From Bugula neritina (Eukaryota; Animalia; Bryozoa), in the NCBI GenBank assembly GCA_964035545.1, contig OZ037766.1:32416773-32480772 (forward strand): DNA of 64,000 nt. The letters are read 5' to 3'. Each line of letters starts with the position of its first letter. Position 1 is the stretch's first letter. Both the position numbers and the translations under genes were made by a program. This document shows, one piece after another, positions 11,623 to 26,900 of the stretch. The notes under the pieces were generated by a model. The model saw only the letters and a program-made list of their open reading frames with translations. It searched no databases and was not told where the DNA came from.

Positions 11623-14577
11623 AGCTATAATGAATAATTAAATTGAACATAAACAGAGTGAGATTGGAAAGCATATAAAGTATGTTTAGTTTATGTTAGG
11701 TGAATGTGCAGCTACAACTTTGACTCTATCACCTTTAACTGAAATATTTCAAGGTTTTAATGGTGTTATCTTAGATAGACGCTATTTATTTATTTTGGTA
11801 CCATTACATATAGTAATATACCTATAATATATTTTACCATTCGTCTAGATTATTTTGCAAGCATATTTTTAAATAATAACTCTAGCTAGAATAACTTAAT
11901 TACATCTGAACGTAAAACGTAATTTTAACAGCTTAACAACAACCATTAATTTGAATACTGCAGATGAAAACCAAAATTATTCAATTTAGCTAAGCTATTT
12001 TGCATTATTTTATTTGTGTTAGCTTTTGTAACAATCGCAGAATTTAATTTGTAGGCAAAATGAATTTTATTAACTTTGTAGTTTAAAATTTATGAATGGG
12101 CTGCATGCTGTCTTTTCAGAGGCTTCTTAACCCTTCCTCTCTTCAATTCTTATTACATAACTGAGTAAATATTCTTTACCGGCAGCAAACAACCGCTGAA
12201 ACTATAATTAGCCGTTTTCTTGGAACATATTTTACCAACAAGCAGAAAAGATTAGGCAGCTTTTTGTAAAAGCAAAATATCCTGAAATAACAAACACAGT
12301 GCAGGTGCATGCAGAATAAAATGAGTAACGTAAAACTAGAAGCAATAACCTGTCAGTTTAATTAAAGTTGTGTTGTCTTTGGTCAGGATCAATAATGTAG
12401 TGTGATTGCAGCACAAACCAGATTGACTATGTCAATAATACTGTTATATTTGCTACATTGTTGTCTTTAGACACTTGGTATATGTGAGTACACAAAGCCT
12501 TCGTGACTATCAATGTACTGGCAATATTTTCTAGGATGAATTTGTATTGAAATTTCTCCATTATTGTATATTGAAAGGTGTCGCACAACTTTATATATTG
12601 TTACAACCAAGGTGAGGTAAGGTATAAGGAGAAAATGATGTTGCAATATTTTGGAGTATAAAGCTGGAGATCCTCACTGGGGGGAAAATTAACAAATTAC
12701 CAACAGCTCCAGTCCATTGATAAAATGAAGCTAGCTTGTAACCTTTAACCTTCCATAGTCAAACAGTATTGAGTCCCTGATACAGTCTCGTCTTCTGTAA
12801 TCAGCCCCCTGGTGGTGGGCCCAAGTCATATCTCAGCATGCATTCACTATAATAGTCTGAGTTATGCACTTGCTTTGTCTACTTCATTGCCTTATCACAG
12901 ACTAGAACTCTTAGAATGTAAAGGTTTAATGGCTGGTTATATCAGCTTTAAAGAGAGAAAAATCAGAACTATATAAAAATATTATTTCCCTGCCTTGGCT
13001 TGTGTGTCTACAATTTCATATAAACACTAAGTATAGTTATCAAAGTTTTTTCATAGCAGTAGATCTAAAAACTGTTTTTCTCACAAATATAACAGTTGAA
13101 AGGTCAAGGTTAGCTTCAATTCACTAAGTAATTTATTTTGACAGTCATTGAGTTTAGTTAGCCGTGATGATAGGGGAAGCTGTAGTATTGATTGTTTAGA
13201 CAACCATTTGAGTCCTACAATAGACATCAGCCAGTCAGTTGAGCCAGTGAGTAGACAAACTCAATTGAATATTAATTTGATTGTCAACAAGCTGTCAATG
13301 AATTAATTAACCACAACGAGTACAATACTGAGTTATTTTGACACAGCATCTATCTGCCATTCAAAAGTACAAAGGAGAGCAACCTATGAAATACTCTTGG
13401 GAAATGTTACAGCATGTTACTAGCATTGATCAGAATATATACAGAGTGTTATGTAATTATATGAACAGTAATGTACTGTTATATGACTGCAATTATTTCA
13501 ACCAATATTGCTGTAAGACTCCATGAAGCATTTCCTTTTTCAGAAACAGATGAATAATTAGAGCAGCAAACATATTTCATAGAGGTACAAACAGCAGAAA
13601 ATTGCTGGATAGAGAAACGTGGTGGAAATGAAATTATTATTGTTGCTAAAATTCTATTGACCAATCAAATGGTACTTATCGTTGATTGTGATTTTTCGTC
13701 CATAAGCATCATTGTGTACACTCAACGAAAAAGATTTCGTTTGAAGTCTCTCTAATTTCCTCGTATGAATGTTTTTTTCGTGTTAAATAGACGATTTCGT
13801 GTGAGGCCAGGCCTTTTGTCGCATACTAATTAAAGGATTACATAGAACTATAGATACTATGATATATTCATTCAGCCCTCCCACTTGCAGTGAAACACTT
13901 GGACTAGACACAATACAGGAGTGCTAGTGCAGACAGTTTATTGACTATTAAGAGCAGTATTCTACCAAAATATAAAACTACAAGTAAATACACATAAAAA
14001 TATGACATAGTAAAATATGACAACTATATTATGTTTACAAGCTACAGTCAATATCAACACATGGCCGCCGTCTGGTCGGCTACTAACAAATATATTATAT
14101 ATCAGAGAAAATACTATTTCAACAATATATTATCTATCAGTTACATCAGAAAATAGAATATTAAGTTGACGAGTTTAAAGGAGGGGATACAATAAGTAGC
14201 TTCAAGAGCAAAACAACACAACATGAGGATATTAATACTAACAGGAACAAGTGAAGATATAACATGCAGTATGTCCTCTGATACATTAGTTAAGTGACGC
14301 AATGTAGGTTACCATTGGTAACGCATATAATGTAGCAGTGAGATTGTATTGCCACAAATAAGTACAAGCCTATACAGCCGTTGACATAAGTTTAGTATTG
14401 TTTTGGCACACAGTTAATAGGCAGTCTATACGATAGGTTAGAGCGAAGGCAGTAGAGTAGTTAGAGTAATGCTATAGTATGGTGGAGATGTCATTGTGGG
14501 AGTTGTCAGATACTGGTAAGATAGCATGACGTGAGAATTGCCTACTCCTGCACGTACGGTGACCTACATAGAGCTAG

Positions 14578-17500
14578 TTATTCCGTCCCGATGTAGAACT
14601 CAAAGTGAACAGTTCCTTTCTTCTCCTTGCCGTCAGTACTGTCAATATTCTTGGCCCACAACATGCAACGAACCTACAAAACAGACCAGTTGAATGCATG
14701 ACTTTTTTCTACAGTGCAAACTAAAAGATCATACCAGAAGGCAATTGAAGACATGGCGGTGCGGTGAGGGGATTCCCTGCGCAGAAACCTACCTGAACGG
14801 TGCTTCCCTTCTCGATGTCTTCAAACTTGGCCAGGATGATAGGCGACCTGTAGCCCACCTGGTTGAGGTATGGGAAGAATTTCTGAAAGTAGAAAAGGTA
14901 ACAACTGTACATATACGAGAATGCGGTGGGTGGAAAATATGTGGTGTCACAGCGTTACTTGGTCACACACAGTGCTACATGGTCACACACAGTGCTACAT
15001 AGTCACACACAGAGTTACATAGTCACACACAGAGTTACATGGTCACACACAGAGTTACTTGGTCACACACAGAACTACATAGTCACATCATTACCTTGTC
15101 ATAGCCGTCGGTGGGGAAGAAGGTGATGTTTCTAAGGTACATGGCATCCACTGCATTCTGCCCGTCACAGCTCACTCCAACGTTGCCTACAAGGAGATAC
15201 CACTGAGTCATTGAGAGAACAACTCCGAAACACTCGACACAGAGAGAAGACAAATCTTGGTGAGAGACAAGAGATAATAATGGAGCTCATATATTGAGCC
15301 AAAGAATTTCCAACCAATCAGAAGTCACGTACCTGGCACAAAGGAATAGTATCTGAACTTCTCATCATCGTTGAGGTCAGCTATTATCTCTGCTTTAGAG
15401 TCATAAGCTTTGGGCTCAAATCCATACAACTAAAAAGGAGGCAACTCTTATTGAAAATAGAGTAGGAAATTGTATTCCCATTGATAATTTGAAAATTGAT
15501 GGACATCACAACCTACATTTTTAAAGTGATGTCTAATTCTCGTTAGCAACAAGCTAGCTGTAAGCAAAAAATGCAGAGAAATACAGAGCAGCACACTGTT
15601 TAAGCCAACACCACTTGATATAGAGTTGCCTCCCCACCTTGTTCATCTTGAGCACCACACACGGCTTGTTCTCCTTGAATCCATAGTCAGTGTCCCTACC
15701 ACAGCCTGCGCTCTCCAAGTAGCCGTCGACATCAAAGTTGCAGCCCTCAGTCTCACTGATTGGACTACTTTCATTGCACATGGGGAGATTGGGTGTTGGA
15801 GCATAGGCTACAATATACAGAGAACACAGGCTAGAATAGGCAGAGAAAATAGGCTAGAATAGACAGAGAACACAAGCTAGAATATACAGAGAACACAAGC
15901 TAGAATAGACAGAGGAACGAACACAGGCTAGAATATACAGAGATCAGTGAGCTTGGCCTGAATAAGACTTCAACAGAAGTTCAGTTGACAGTGTCATAAA
16001 GAGTTTATACTGCTGAATACAGAGTGAACAGTTAGAGTAGTAACACTGCAGGGTATTGACCAGGTAGATATGTAACCAGCTAAGAGAAGGTGTATTATAC
16101 TCTAGTTGATGGATTATATTCCTTCAAGTCATTGATACCAGCTTTTCTTAGCTCTTACATCAATTTAATCAATCATAGAAGGTGCATGCCCTAGCCGTAG
16201 ACCCCCTGAAACAAGGCTAGCTTATCAAGTCAGACGGCACCCCCCCACAACCCTAACTACCAGTTGCCAGGAAACCAGCTACCAACCAACTGCAAGTGTA
16301 ATTCTCTCTAGTCAGCTAGGACATTGACCTTCACCTTTGAATAAGCTGACAGACTAACTACCCTATGTTGAAGTCCGGTATTTCTGTTGTAAGTTTATGT
16401 AATGTAAAAGTCCATGATATTCAGTGAAATTATACGCTATTCCTAAACCCCAACACAAGTGCTTTATATCCACAGTAAACACTAAGCAGGGACTGACAAT
16501 TCTGATTGTGAAACCCCATCCTCCTTACAATATTATAAAACTGCACTAATCTCTAAACCACACAATGTTATTATTGTTGACATATTTGCCAATTATTCAT
16601 GATGTTGCAAGAAAGTAACTTATTTCGAAACTGTCACAGTAGAGCTGGTGTTTAGTGGTTACTAGAAGGCAGGGTGAACTAACTGTACTTATTTTCTAAT
16701 TAATTTGTCTCAGTCACTTCCACTCTGATTTTGTGGCTGGTTCCAGAGAAGCTGGCCTGGATGTTCAGGTAAGGAGCAGGTTACACAGACTTGATAACTA
16801 CAGAACATTTCTTTCATGAGGAGATAACTGATCAATCGTTTTGCAAAGTTGAAGACAAAATAAAGGTGGGCTGAGAAGAAGCCCCGGTAACTGGCATCTT
16901 CACCTTCTCAGCTGGGTTTTAGCTCAACAAACTTACTTTTGGAAAGAGAAACTTACTTTTGAAGAAGGCTTCGAGGTGGTCAGTGTAAGGCTGGTAGCTG
17001 CTTCTCCTCCCAGAGGTGTAGCGGATGAGAGTGGAGTCGATGAGGGGCATGGGCCTGACACCGATGGCTGCAACAGGGACTCAATTATTGTACTCTTTAC
17101 ACAGTGTACTTACTATATAGTGTACTCTTTACACAGTGTACTTACTATATAATGTACTCTTTACACACTGTACTTACTATATAGTGTACTCTTTACACAC
17201 TGTACTTACTATATAGTATACTCTTTACACACTGTACTTACTATATAATGTACTCTTTACACACTGTACTTACTATATAGTATACTCTTTACACACTGTA
17301 CTTACTATATAGTATACTCTTTACACACTGTACTTACTATATAGTATACTCTTTACACAGTGTACTTACTATATAGTATACTCTTTACACACTGTACTTA
17401 CTATATAGTATACTCATTACACAGTGTACTTACTATATAGTATACTCTTTACACACTGTACTTACTATATAGTATACTCTTTACACACTGTACTTACTAT

Positions 17501-19432
17501 ATAGTATACTCTTTACACACTGTACTTACTATATAGTATACTCTTTACACACTGTACTTACTATATAATGTACTCATAGCCGTTAACATTTCACAGTCCA
17601 ATATGACGCAGGTATTGCTGGTTGATGTAGGTCAGCCAGCTGACAGGAAGTCAGCACTCACCTGGGTTATCCTGGAGCAGCGAGTTAACTCCATAGTATT
17701 TAGGAGCTATTTCGTCCAGAGTGGAATAGAAGGCGTGTAACAGACCGGCAAACCAACCCACCAAACAGGCATAGAAGATGAGATAGAAGACCCCAATCTT
17801 CACTGCAAAGGGAAAATATTCATAATGAAGAAAATAAACATTACCACATATTACATCACCAGTACACAAGTTTATGACAAGTTATTAGCTACAAGTTGCA
17901 CTCTACAAGAACTATGGGGAGGAGTAAGCTTGAATGTAACTGATGGAAAAGGTCAACAGCTGTACGCAGTATGCCCGGGCACTGTCATACAGTAGCATGG
18001 GATTGCCGGCATTTGTTATGATAGGGCATAGCATCTGTATCTGCGCATAGTTGATGTGTTTTACATGCGGTAAGCTAGAATTACTGTTTGAATAAACAGA
18101 GTGGAGTAATAAAATGATAAGCCGAGACCACATTCCCATGACCTGGATAAACGACTGGTGCCTTACTGGGTAGAATAACTAGTTGACAAATAATGTGACA
18201 CTGCCTTGAAGAGCCGGCAATATTCAGCTGTTTTCTGGTCCTGTATGATTGTCTAGTATGTTTATGATTACGTAACAACATATGCTTATTATATAACACA
18301 GCCTGTTTGCATTAAAATAATGGTACAGATTATTGTAGTTGAATTCCAGTGACCAAACATGCATTGGGTAGTGAATATTCAAGGAAAGGGGTTCACAAGT
18401 TTGTGGGTGTCAGAAGCTAACAATCCTAGCAATTACTCTCATTATAGTCTATATAATATGGACACCTTTTAGACTAGGAGACTGATTAACAATAATTGGT
18501 CAAATCTATAAATGTTATGCTATAAATCCTGAAGGATTTACTAATTAAACTTGGCATTATAGCTTCTAATACCGGTAAACCGCAGCAGCTTTACGCTTTA
18601 TATTAGAATATTAGCCAACAAGTTATTGTTGGCTTGTCTCTAACTCATTCCCAAGCTTTAAAATTAATATTTTAAAATCAATTTAGAAACACTTCAACTT
18701 TTACACAATTCAATTTCATGTTGGCATAAACAAGTTGACAATATTTGACATGTTTCAGTTTATGGCCAAATAATACAACAGAAAACTACGCTGTTCTGAT
18801 TACTTAGAAGAAATTAAAAAAACAACTTCATAAAGTGAGTTGGAGTTTGCTTTAGGGTCGATCATTTTATAACTGAAAGACAAGACCAAGTTGTGTGTCA
18901 AGTTGAACTAAATATCGAATCCCTAAGTCTAATGGCATGCTAGCATGGAGCCGTAACATCGAATGCAATACGTGTAACTGCAAAATAAACAAATATTGCT
19001 ATATTAAAATTATATAATACAACAATAGCCACACTTTTACTTTGTCTCTAAAAACTGATTCAGTTTCATGATTGATTTTCATGTTAATCACATTCACTGA
19101 TGTTACTCTTGCCCGAGACTCTTGCTATTGCTACTAGTTAACCGTACAATCAATGTGCCAGTTGATGTTATATTCTATTGGTATATGGCAATGATGTGAT
19201 AGTATTATCATCATGTCTGTGATTATGAATAAGTATAACACTTTCACTTTTAACATCAAATTCAATATGAATATATATCAATATCAATATGACAATAGTT
19301 CAACTTACACCAGCTCATTCCTGTTCTTCCCAGGAATGTTCCCTTGTCGGAGTTGAATATAAAATCCTTCCATGTTTCTTTGCGTTCAACCACATCTTCA
19401 TCAACATATCCGTCAACTTCTTTATTAGCCAT
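14578..19432 (-). CDS. ATP1B: Na+/K+-transporting ATPase subunit beta (nervana/ATP1B family)
   Basis: Eight phase-compatible exons: 19309-19432, 17662-17802, 16957-17067, 15638-15807, 15333-15429, 15095-15186, 14793-14882, 14578-14673. Hallmarks are WKDFIFNSDKGTFLGRTGMSW, the TM helix KIGVFYLIFYACLVGWFAGLL, YGFKENKPCVVLKMNK, FFPYLNQVGYRSP and VRCMLWAKNI...GTVHFEF*. Confidence 0.96.
14945..15088. repeat. 20-bp intronic minisatellite (GTCACACACAGAGTTACATA), ~7 copies
   Basis: Tandem array abutting the exon-6 donor of the ATPase beta gene. Confidence 0.85.
17089..17576. repeat. 32-bp intronic minisatellite (TGTACTCTTTACACAGTGTACTTACTATATAG), ~15 copies
   Basis: Direct tandem array filling most of intron 2 of the ATPase beta gene. 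Confidence 0.95.
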
Positions 19433-20936
19433 TTTGACGTTTTACTATCAACTACACTTGCAGCTTGCAACTTTTAACTAACGGGCACTGTTCGCCGGTC
19501 AATAGCTACTAGACCCAGTATCTACGCAGAGCAGGTACTTGCTTTCAATAGGAATACCCGGATGAAGCAAAATGCATTTTGGTGTGTTGTTATTACGCAC
19601 GCAAAAATATATATTGATAAACTTCAAAAAACGTGTAAAACTTTGAAATGTACAAAACTTAAAAATGCACAAAATTAATATCTAATCAACAGCAAAAACA
19701 TTTTTGGTTCATTAGAGTAATATTAAAAAAAGAGGGAAAGCAACTTCTTAAAAAACATAACAACACTATTTCCCGCTGGTAAGTCATTTTCAAATCGGTA
19801 AAGCCCTCCTGCGATAAAAGGCCGCTCTTGAACCGATGGCATCTGACAATTATTATCAAGTAAACCCAGGCTTGACTTTCAAATAGTTTCATTAGATTGT
19901 AAGAAGCAAAAACAATAAATATCGAAAACTTGATGTTATTTAACAATAACACATTTAAACACATAAAATAAAAATACAATAAAATATTAGACCAGTTGTT
20001 ACTTTAACTTACTCGAGACCTATAGAATAGACTACAGAGAATCGGAAAAGCCAGGCAACTGTAGTCGCGACATATATCATCGACCTGCGCGTTGAAGTGC
20101 GAGGGTCGAGTTTCTTTTTCTCTGTTGGTGACTTGGGCTACAAAGAGAAAATAATATTATCATTATGAGTATATCTGAGTAATACTCTATGACAATGGTT
20201 AATGCTCATGCTCCAGCAACCGCTTCAATCTTATTTACCGCCAGTATGAATATAATATTCACCGTGACTATTATAACTATTGGTGATACTAAATTTAAAC
20301 TGTATTTCAATTTGTTATCTTCATCTTATGAAGAACTAAAAAGGAAAATTAACACCATCACCATGTTCATGGTTGATGCAATAGACATACTTATGGTTAA
20401 TAATAGTAATACTAATACTATTGTCTGTGTTAATGTTGATCATGATAATGATGCTCAAAGTAATAGTAATATACTGGTAGTGATTGTCCATGTCATACTC
20501 AATCTCATACTCATACTGATACTGTAACTGATACTTATACTTATAGTTATAGTCATACTGATAGTGATACTCCTACTTCATAGTGATAGTTATACTCATA
20601 GTCATAGTGATAGTCAATGTCATACTGATAGTCATACTAATTTATTATCATTAAATCAAAACTTCTACATCTTTCTACATAGATAAAATCATTTCCCATT
20701 ACATTGGAGGGTGTTGAAAGACATAACGTAGACCTAAACAAAATAAATCACTAGGCTCAGATCAGATGCACGAGGCTAATTACTAATGTTAATAAACCCA
20801 AAATCAATGCAGAGTGTCGCCAACATATCTCCGCTTCCTAAAAACAAGTTGTGCTCGCAGGTGCATGGAAGACTGCTAACAACATTCCTAAATATCTACA
20901 AGAAAAGCGAAAAAGTGGAACCCTACAGGGTATCAA
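19433..20936. promoter_or_regulatory. Divergent (head-to-head) promoter region between ATPase beta and ATRX
   Basis: The two start codons point away from each other ~1.5 kb apart. CpG-richer patches occur at ~19480-19600 and ~20010-20110 (including TCGCGA). TSSs cannot be determined from sequence. Confidence 0.5.
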
Positions 20937-23900
20937 ATGGCTAATGTTGCTTCAGCTGCCACCTCCAAACAATCTAAAAGGTTAGTAATTTTGTATTCGA
21001 TCTTGAAATGTATTTTGGTCAAAAATACAAATAGGAAAAGCAATGTTTTTAATATTTTCAGTATCGGTTTAAAAAGAAAAGCAGTTGCAGTTTGCGAAAG
21101 CTATGGTCTCTGTATTCATTTTGTTACCTCACACTCCACCGGGATGATATACTGTCTGCTACTTCTTTAGCTCGAGTCTGGAGCTGCTCATTAGCAAGTT
21201 TAAGACCACCCCTCTTCCACAAGACCCTAACAATGACAGCGAGTCTCGAGTTGAATCCGCTGCCCCAATTGGACCAACTGCGTCGGGCAGCGGCGACCAT
21301 ATTGCTTCTGAGAAGAAGTCTAGGAGGAAAGGCAACCCCGTCAGGTTAGTCAATTAGCTGAATTATCCTGCAGCTCATCTTATTCTACTAAACATTTCCT
21401 AACTTGGAGAATAATGAAAGTGCGTTTTGAATATCCTATGCATTTAGTAATTTAAAAATTTAAATTTAATATTTAGTGTTTTAAAAATATGATAAACCCA
21501 ATTGCTACTTCAAAGTGCATTTGAGGCTGGAAATCATATATCAACTGTGTAATTGCGTATTGAATTGGGTTTTATATTTAACTGGGATTTTGTAATGCAG
21601 TTTTGTATCGACGTGTGTGCAGTACGAAATTGATGAAGACATGGAGGTAGACGAATGCAATGCAGACTTAGACAGAGTGTCTTATAATCTCACACCTAAT
21701 GGAGATATTGCATCACCTCCCACTACTAGGTATGTTGTCTGTTTAGCTTGAGTTTTGCTGCTCTGCTAACTTCACATCAATATTTTTGTCTATATGGTTT
21801 ATTAAACTGCATATGATTGGTTTTTAGTGAAAGTCTGTCCCGGCCAGTTCCGGAAGAGGAGATAATTCCAGAAGGTATTGCACTTACTAGACTGCACTGA
21901 ATATACGGTTACTTATTCTCTGTAAACTTGTGATGTGCATGAACAGGAGAACTTGATTCTAAATATGAACTAGCAACTTCTAATGCTGAATCTAAGCATC
22001 CTTTGCACGGCTTTCTCTCTCTCACACTCTGACTCTCTCACTCTGACTCACTCACTCTGACTCACTAACTCAATCACCCACTCACTCACTCTGACTCACT
22101 CGCTCGCTCAATAACACACGCTCACTCACTCGCCCACTCACTTGCTCACATGCACACTCACACACACGCACGCACACACTCTCGCTCACACACCCATTCA
22201 CTCACTTACTCGCTCACTCACTTACTCGCTCACTCACCTACTCGCTCACTCACCCACTCACCCACAGAGTAGGAGCAGTCACCCTGCTTTGTTGGGTCGA
22301 ACTTTTCTGTACTGCATTCAGTGTTATCACCTCATTACACATTATACTAAACACTACGCTTCATAAATAGGATACCAATATACTATTCTCCTATTTATTT
22401 CATTTTCTTTTCTAAAAGAATGGAAAATGTAAGATAATCAACTCTGACGATAATATTAGAATAAGTAACTGTAGGCTGGTTAAGAAACATAGTCGCTAGA
22501 AGCCTGTGTGTCTCATACTCTCTCTGTGTGTCCCGTACTCTGTCTGTGTGTCTCATACTCTGTCTGTGTGTCTCATACTCTGTCTGTGTGTCTCATACTC
22601 TGTCTGTGTGTCTCATACTCTGTCTGTCTGTGTGTCCCATACTCTGTCTATATCGCATACTCTGTATGCACCAGGGACTATCGTTGTAAATCCGGAGGCC
22701 CCCAGCGCCGAGCAAGAGAAACAGGCTCCTCAGGTCAACCCAGAGATGCAAGGCTCTGAGCTAGCCTCAGGACCCGAACTCGGAGGTAAGGGGCAGGCTG
22801 TGAAAGACCCCTCCTACCAGTGTACTATATGCAGGGAACCCCTTCACGTTAAAATGTTTCACAATATTAGAACACATCCAAAGCTCAAGGTCACTGTATG
22901 CAAGGTGAGATAACTCTGCAATCTGAAGAACCTTTACTATGTCAATGTGTTGAAACAATAAATTTTTCATAGAAAATATATAAACTCTGTAACTATAGAT
23001 ACTATAATTATAGAAACTGTAACTATAAACACTGTATACTCTGAACTGTGTGTTAGACATCAATCCATAGATATGGGGTTAAATTTTATTGTCAATATCA
23101 TATTGTTTTTTATTACTGTATTTTGTTACTGTAGTCCTGCTATCAGTTCTACACTAACGGTGAATTCACAAAGGATGAAGATGGACTCGACAATCAGTGC
23201 TCTTGGTGTGGGGAGGGAGGAAACTTGCTCATCTGTGATTTCTGCACTTGCGCCTTCTGCAAGAAATGCATTAGAGTAAGCTTGTATGCGTGTTGTTAGT
23301 GATTGGTTGAATTCATGTGGCCTTACTGCATGTTTTAAACTGTGTCTATGATTGGTTAATACAACTTGTTCTGTATTCTGATTGGCTAATGTAGAATAAC
23401 TTCAAGAGAGACATGATCAAGCAGATAGAAGAGGCTGTCAAGTGGAAATGTCTCATCTGTGACCCAAAACCGTTAGCTGTGCACGTCATTCGCTGTTCTG
23501 ACCTCCAGGTGAGACCCACAGGCTTTCATTTCGTAGTCTGATCTTCATCTCGTAGTCTGATCTTCATCTCGTAGTCTGATCTTCATCTCGTAGTCTGTCC
23601 TTCAACTCGTAGTCTGTCCTTCAACTCGTAGTCTGTCCTTCAACTCGTAGTCTGATCTTCAACTCGTAGTCTGATCTTCAACTCGTAGTCTGATCTTCAA
23701 CTCGTAGTCTGATCTTCAACTCGTAGTCTGTCCTTCAACTCGTAGTCTGATCTGCAAAAACTTAAGCATAGCGTTTATTATAATATGACATTTCTATAAG
23801 CTTTGAGGCACCAGCTAGTTGATGTGTGATAGTTTACCCTCTTGATTTAGCAATGTTCTATTTTCAGCTGAAATATATATTTTGTGTAATTTACTATTAT

Positions 23901-26900
23901 CACTTTTATTTTATTTTCTAAGAAATCTATAGAAGAGTATAAAAGACTTGCATCTGAAAAGCCCAGACCTAAAGTAGTGGCTACACATTCACTAAACCAG
24001 ACAAAACAAATACCAGGTAAGGTGGGGGTAGGGCAGGTGGGGGTATGGTAGAGCAGGGGGTAGGGTAGGGCAGGTGGGGTAGGGTAGGGCATGGGGGTAT
24101 GGTAGGGCAGGTAGGGTAATGTAATAGGCTACAACTTGATTTAGTTATTTTAAACACAGCACACATTGACTTCGTTAGTGTTGAGGTTTCCTTCTTGAGT
24201 TGAAAAAGTTGTAGAGGTCTATTTTACTTTGTGGCATGTTTTTATCACAAAGCATGTTGTAAGCTGATAGGTTATACATGACGTAACTGTATACATGGTG
24301 TAACTGTATACATGGTATAACTGTATATATTATGTAACTGTATACAATGTTGCTGTAGCTACTCAAGCTCCGCCTACTGCTGCTTTGCCCGCTGCCGCCC
24401 TGTCACAACCCCGAGACAGCTCTCAGAGTTCCGAGTATGACAGCAGGATACACATCAACATCCCGACAGCAGCTGGGCTGTCCGTCAACCCTAAAGGTCA
24501 GCTAAATTGATACTATGTACTGTATACTCTGTACTGTATACTCTGTACTGTATACTCTGTACTGTATACTCTGTACTGTATACTCTGTACTGTCTACTCT
24601 GTACTGTATACTCTGTACTCTATACCCTGTACTGTATACTATGTACTGTATACTCTCTACTGTATACTCTGTACTGTGTACTCTGTACTGTGTACTCTGT
24701 ACTGTATACTCTGTACTGTATACCCTGTACTGTATACTCCGTACTGTGTACTATGTACTGTGTACTCTGTACTGTGTACTATGTACTCTGTATACTCTGT
24801 ACTGTATACTCTGTACTGTATACTCTGTACTGTATACTCTGTACTGTATACTATGTACTGTATACTCTGTACTGTATACTCCGTACTGTATACTCCGTAC
24901 TGTATACTCCGTACTGTATACTCCGTACTGTATACTCCGTACTGTATACCCTGTACTGTGTACTCTGTACTGTATACTCTGTACTGTATACTCTGTATAC
25001 TCTGTACTGTGTACCCTGTACTGTATACTATGTACTGTGTACTCTGTACTGTATACTCTGTACTGTGTACCCTGTACTGTACACTCTGTACTGTGTACCC
25101 TGTACTGTATACTATGTACTGTGTACTCTGTACTGTGTACTCTGTACGTTACAGCCAAACTGACAGTGAATCTCTCCACAATAGCCTCGCAGTATATCAA
25201 CGCACAGAGCGTGGTGTGTGAGGACTGGTTGCTCGAGTCCGTAATCCAGGAGCACAACAGGTTCAGCAAGGAGCTCAAGCTAATCAAGGAGAGTCTATTG
25301 GCAGCACAGCAGCAGTGTCGGCATCTTCTAGTCAGCGGGGACAGTGAGGTTGGTCACAGTGCTGCCGCTACTCAGTGGTGGATAAGTGTAGACCCACCCA
25401 GTGGTGGATAAGTATAGACCCACCCAGTGGTGGATAGTCAGCTAGTATACATGAGCATCTCTTAACACAATATCTTACAAGTTGTGAATGTAGACACCAA
25501 CACTGTTGAGTAATGCTGTGTTGTCTAATGTTTCCCACCAGAATATTTGTACTATTCGTTTGTGTTTCTCCACTCTCTAGTCTGTCCGGGAAGCGCGTAA
25601 TACGTATACAGAGACGTGTCGAGTCCTCGGCACCGCCATGAAAAGGAAGATGGCCGAAAGTGTCACCAACAACATCAAAATTATATCCAAGGCTTCGGCC
25701 AAGTCATCCGCGGCTCAGCGTTCTCCTGCCGTAGTCTCTCGTCCCTCCGTAATCTCAAAGACTCAACTTCCTGTCCAGACGTCTGCTGGTAGAGGCGTGA
25801 GTCGTCTGCCCATGTCAACTACTGTAGTGTCCTCACTGATCAGGGGCGGGGCTACTCGCAGCGAGGTTGGTTGTCTCTCTCTGTCTTATTCCAGTAGCAT
25901 ATCTACCTGTATACCTGTATGTATAGCAGAGTATAGTATACCTGTATAGCAGAGTATAGCATACCTGTACAGCAGAGTATAGTATACCTGTATAGCAGAG
26001 TATAGCATACCTGTAGCATCTGGTCAACTTGTATTGTGAAGAAGATGATTGGAACCAGTTTCAAACTGACAATGTTTTAGTTACTTTTTCCCGCAAATCC
26101 ACATTCATATCTGCAAGTGATATTTTTCTACGATAGTATCTTTGATAGTTTGCCGTTAGTGGCTGTAGATTGCTGTTACTGCAGACCCCTCCTGTAACTT
26201 GAAGTTCTTTCTTCATAACTCAGTTATATTCTCCTTTTCAGGTAAAACTAAGACCGAGTAGCCACCCGTTGCTGACTTCAGCGGTTACTGGGGCAGCTGC
26301 TGCCACTTCTCGGACTAGCAGAGAGTTTATCGACATCGGGGAGCTGAGCAAAGAGAATAACAAGGTAAAGGTGTACAGATAATACTCTCTAAACTCTAAC
26401 TCTAGGCTCTAACATGATTAAACTGTCCATTTGTTACTCTAATTACAGAAAACTTTCATTACTTAGTTAGAGATGAAGTACTGTTATGTTTGTGTAAACT
26501 TTACTGATATTATTTGGTACTTTTGTATGCTGAAGTTTTTGTTATAACATTGAAACAGCATTCTCTGATAACATTTGTTTTTATGTTCCAATATTCATAC
26601 AATCTATGCACAGTATTAAGACTATGCTATGCAATTGTTAGACCATCTTGTTTGGTATGCTTGCTATTAGCCTATATTTCCAATAACTGTCTTGTAAAAT
26701 TATATTGTTTCCAACAAATAGTTGTTTTGACTTTATTTTTACACTTTCTAGAAATTGTCTTCTTTCTTCAGTCTAGCTACCGTCAACAACACTATTTTTT
26801 TGTAAATAAATGCAAGTTTTTTGAAAATTTTAAGCAAGAATAAAGTAATAACACAAATTTATAAACATACTGCAGCTGGTAGCTACATATATAATGTATG

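Noticed and set aside
12738-12930. Possible TTAA-flanked (piggyBac-like) MITE ends here and at ~30785-30945
   Set aside because: The terminal inverted repeats are too short or degenerate, and no second copy in the window supports them.
20189-20527. 112-aa ORF upstream of ATRX
   Set aside because: It is low-complexity ATN-rich sequence without recognisable domains or splice context.
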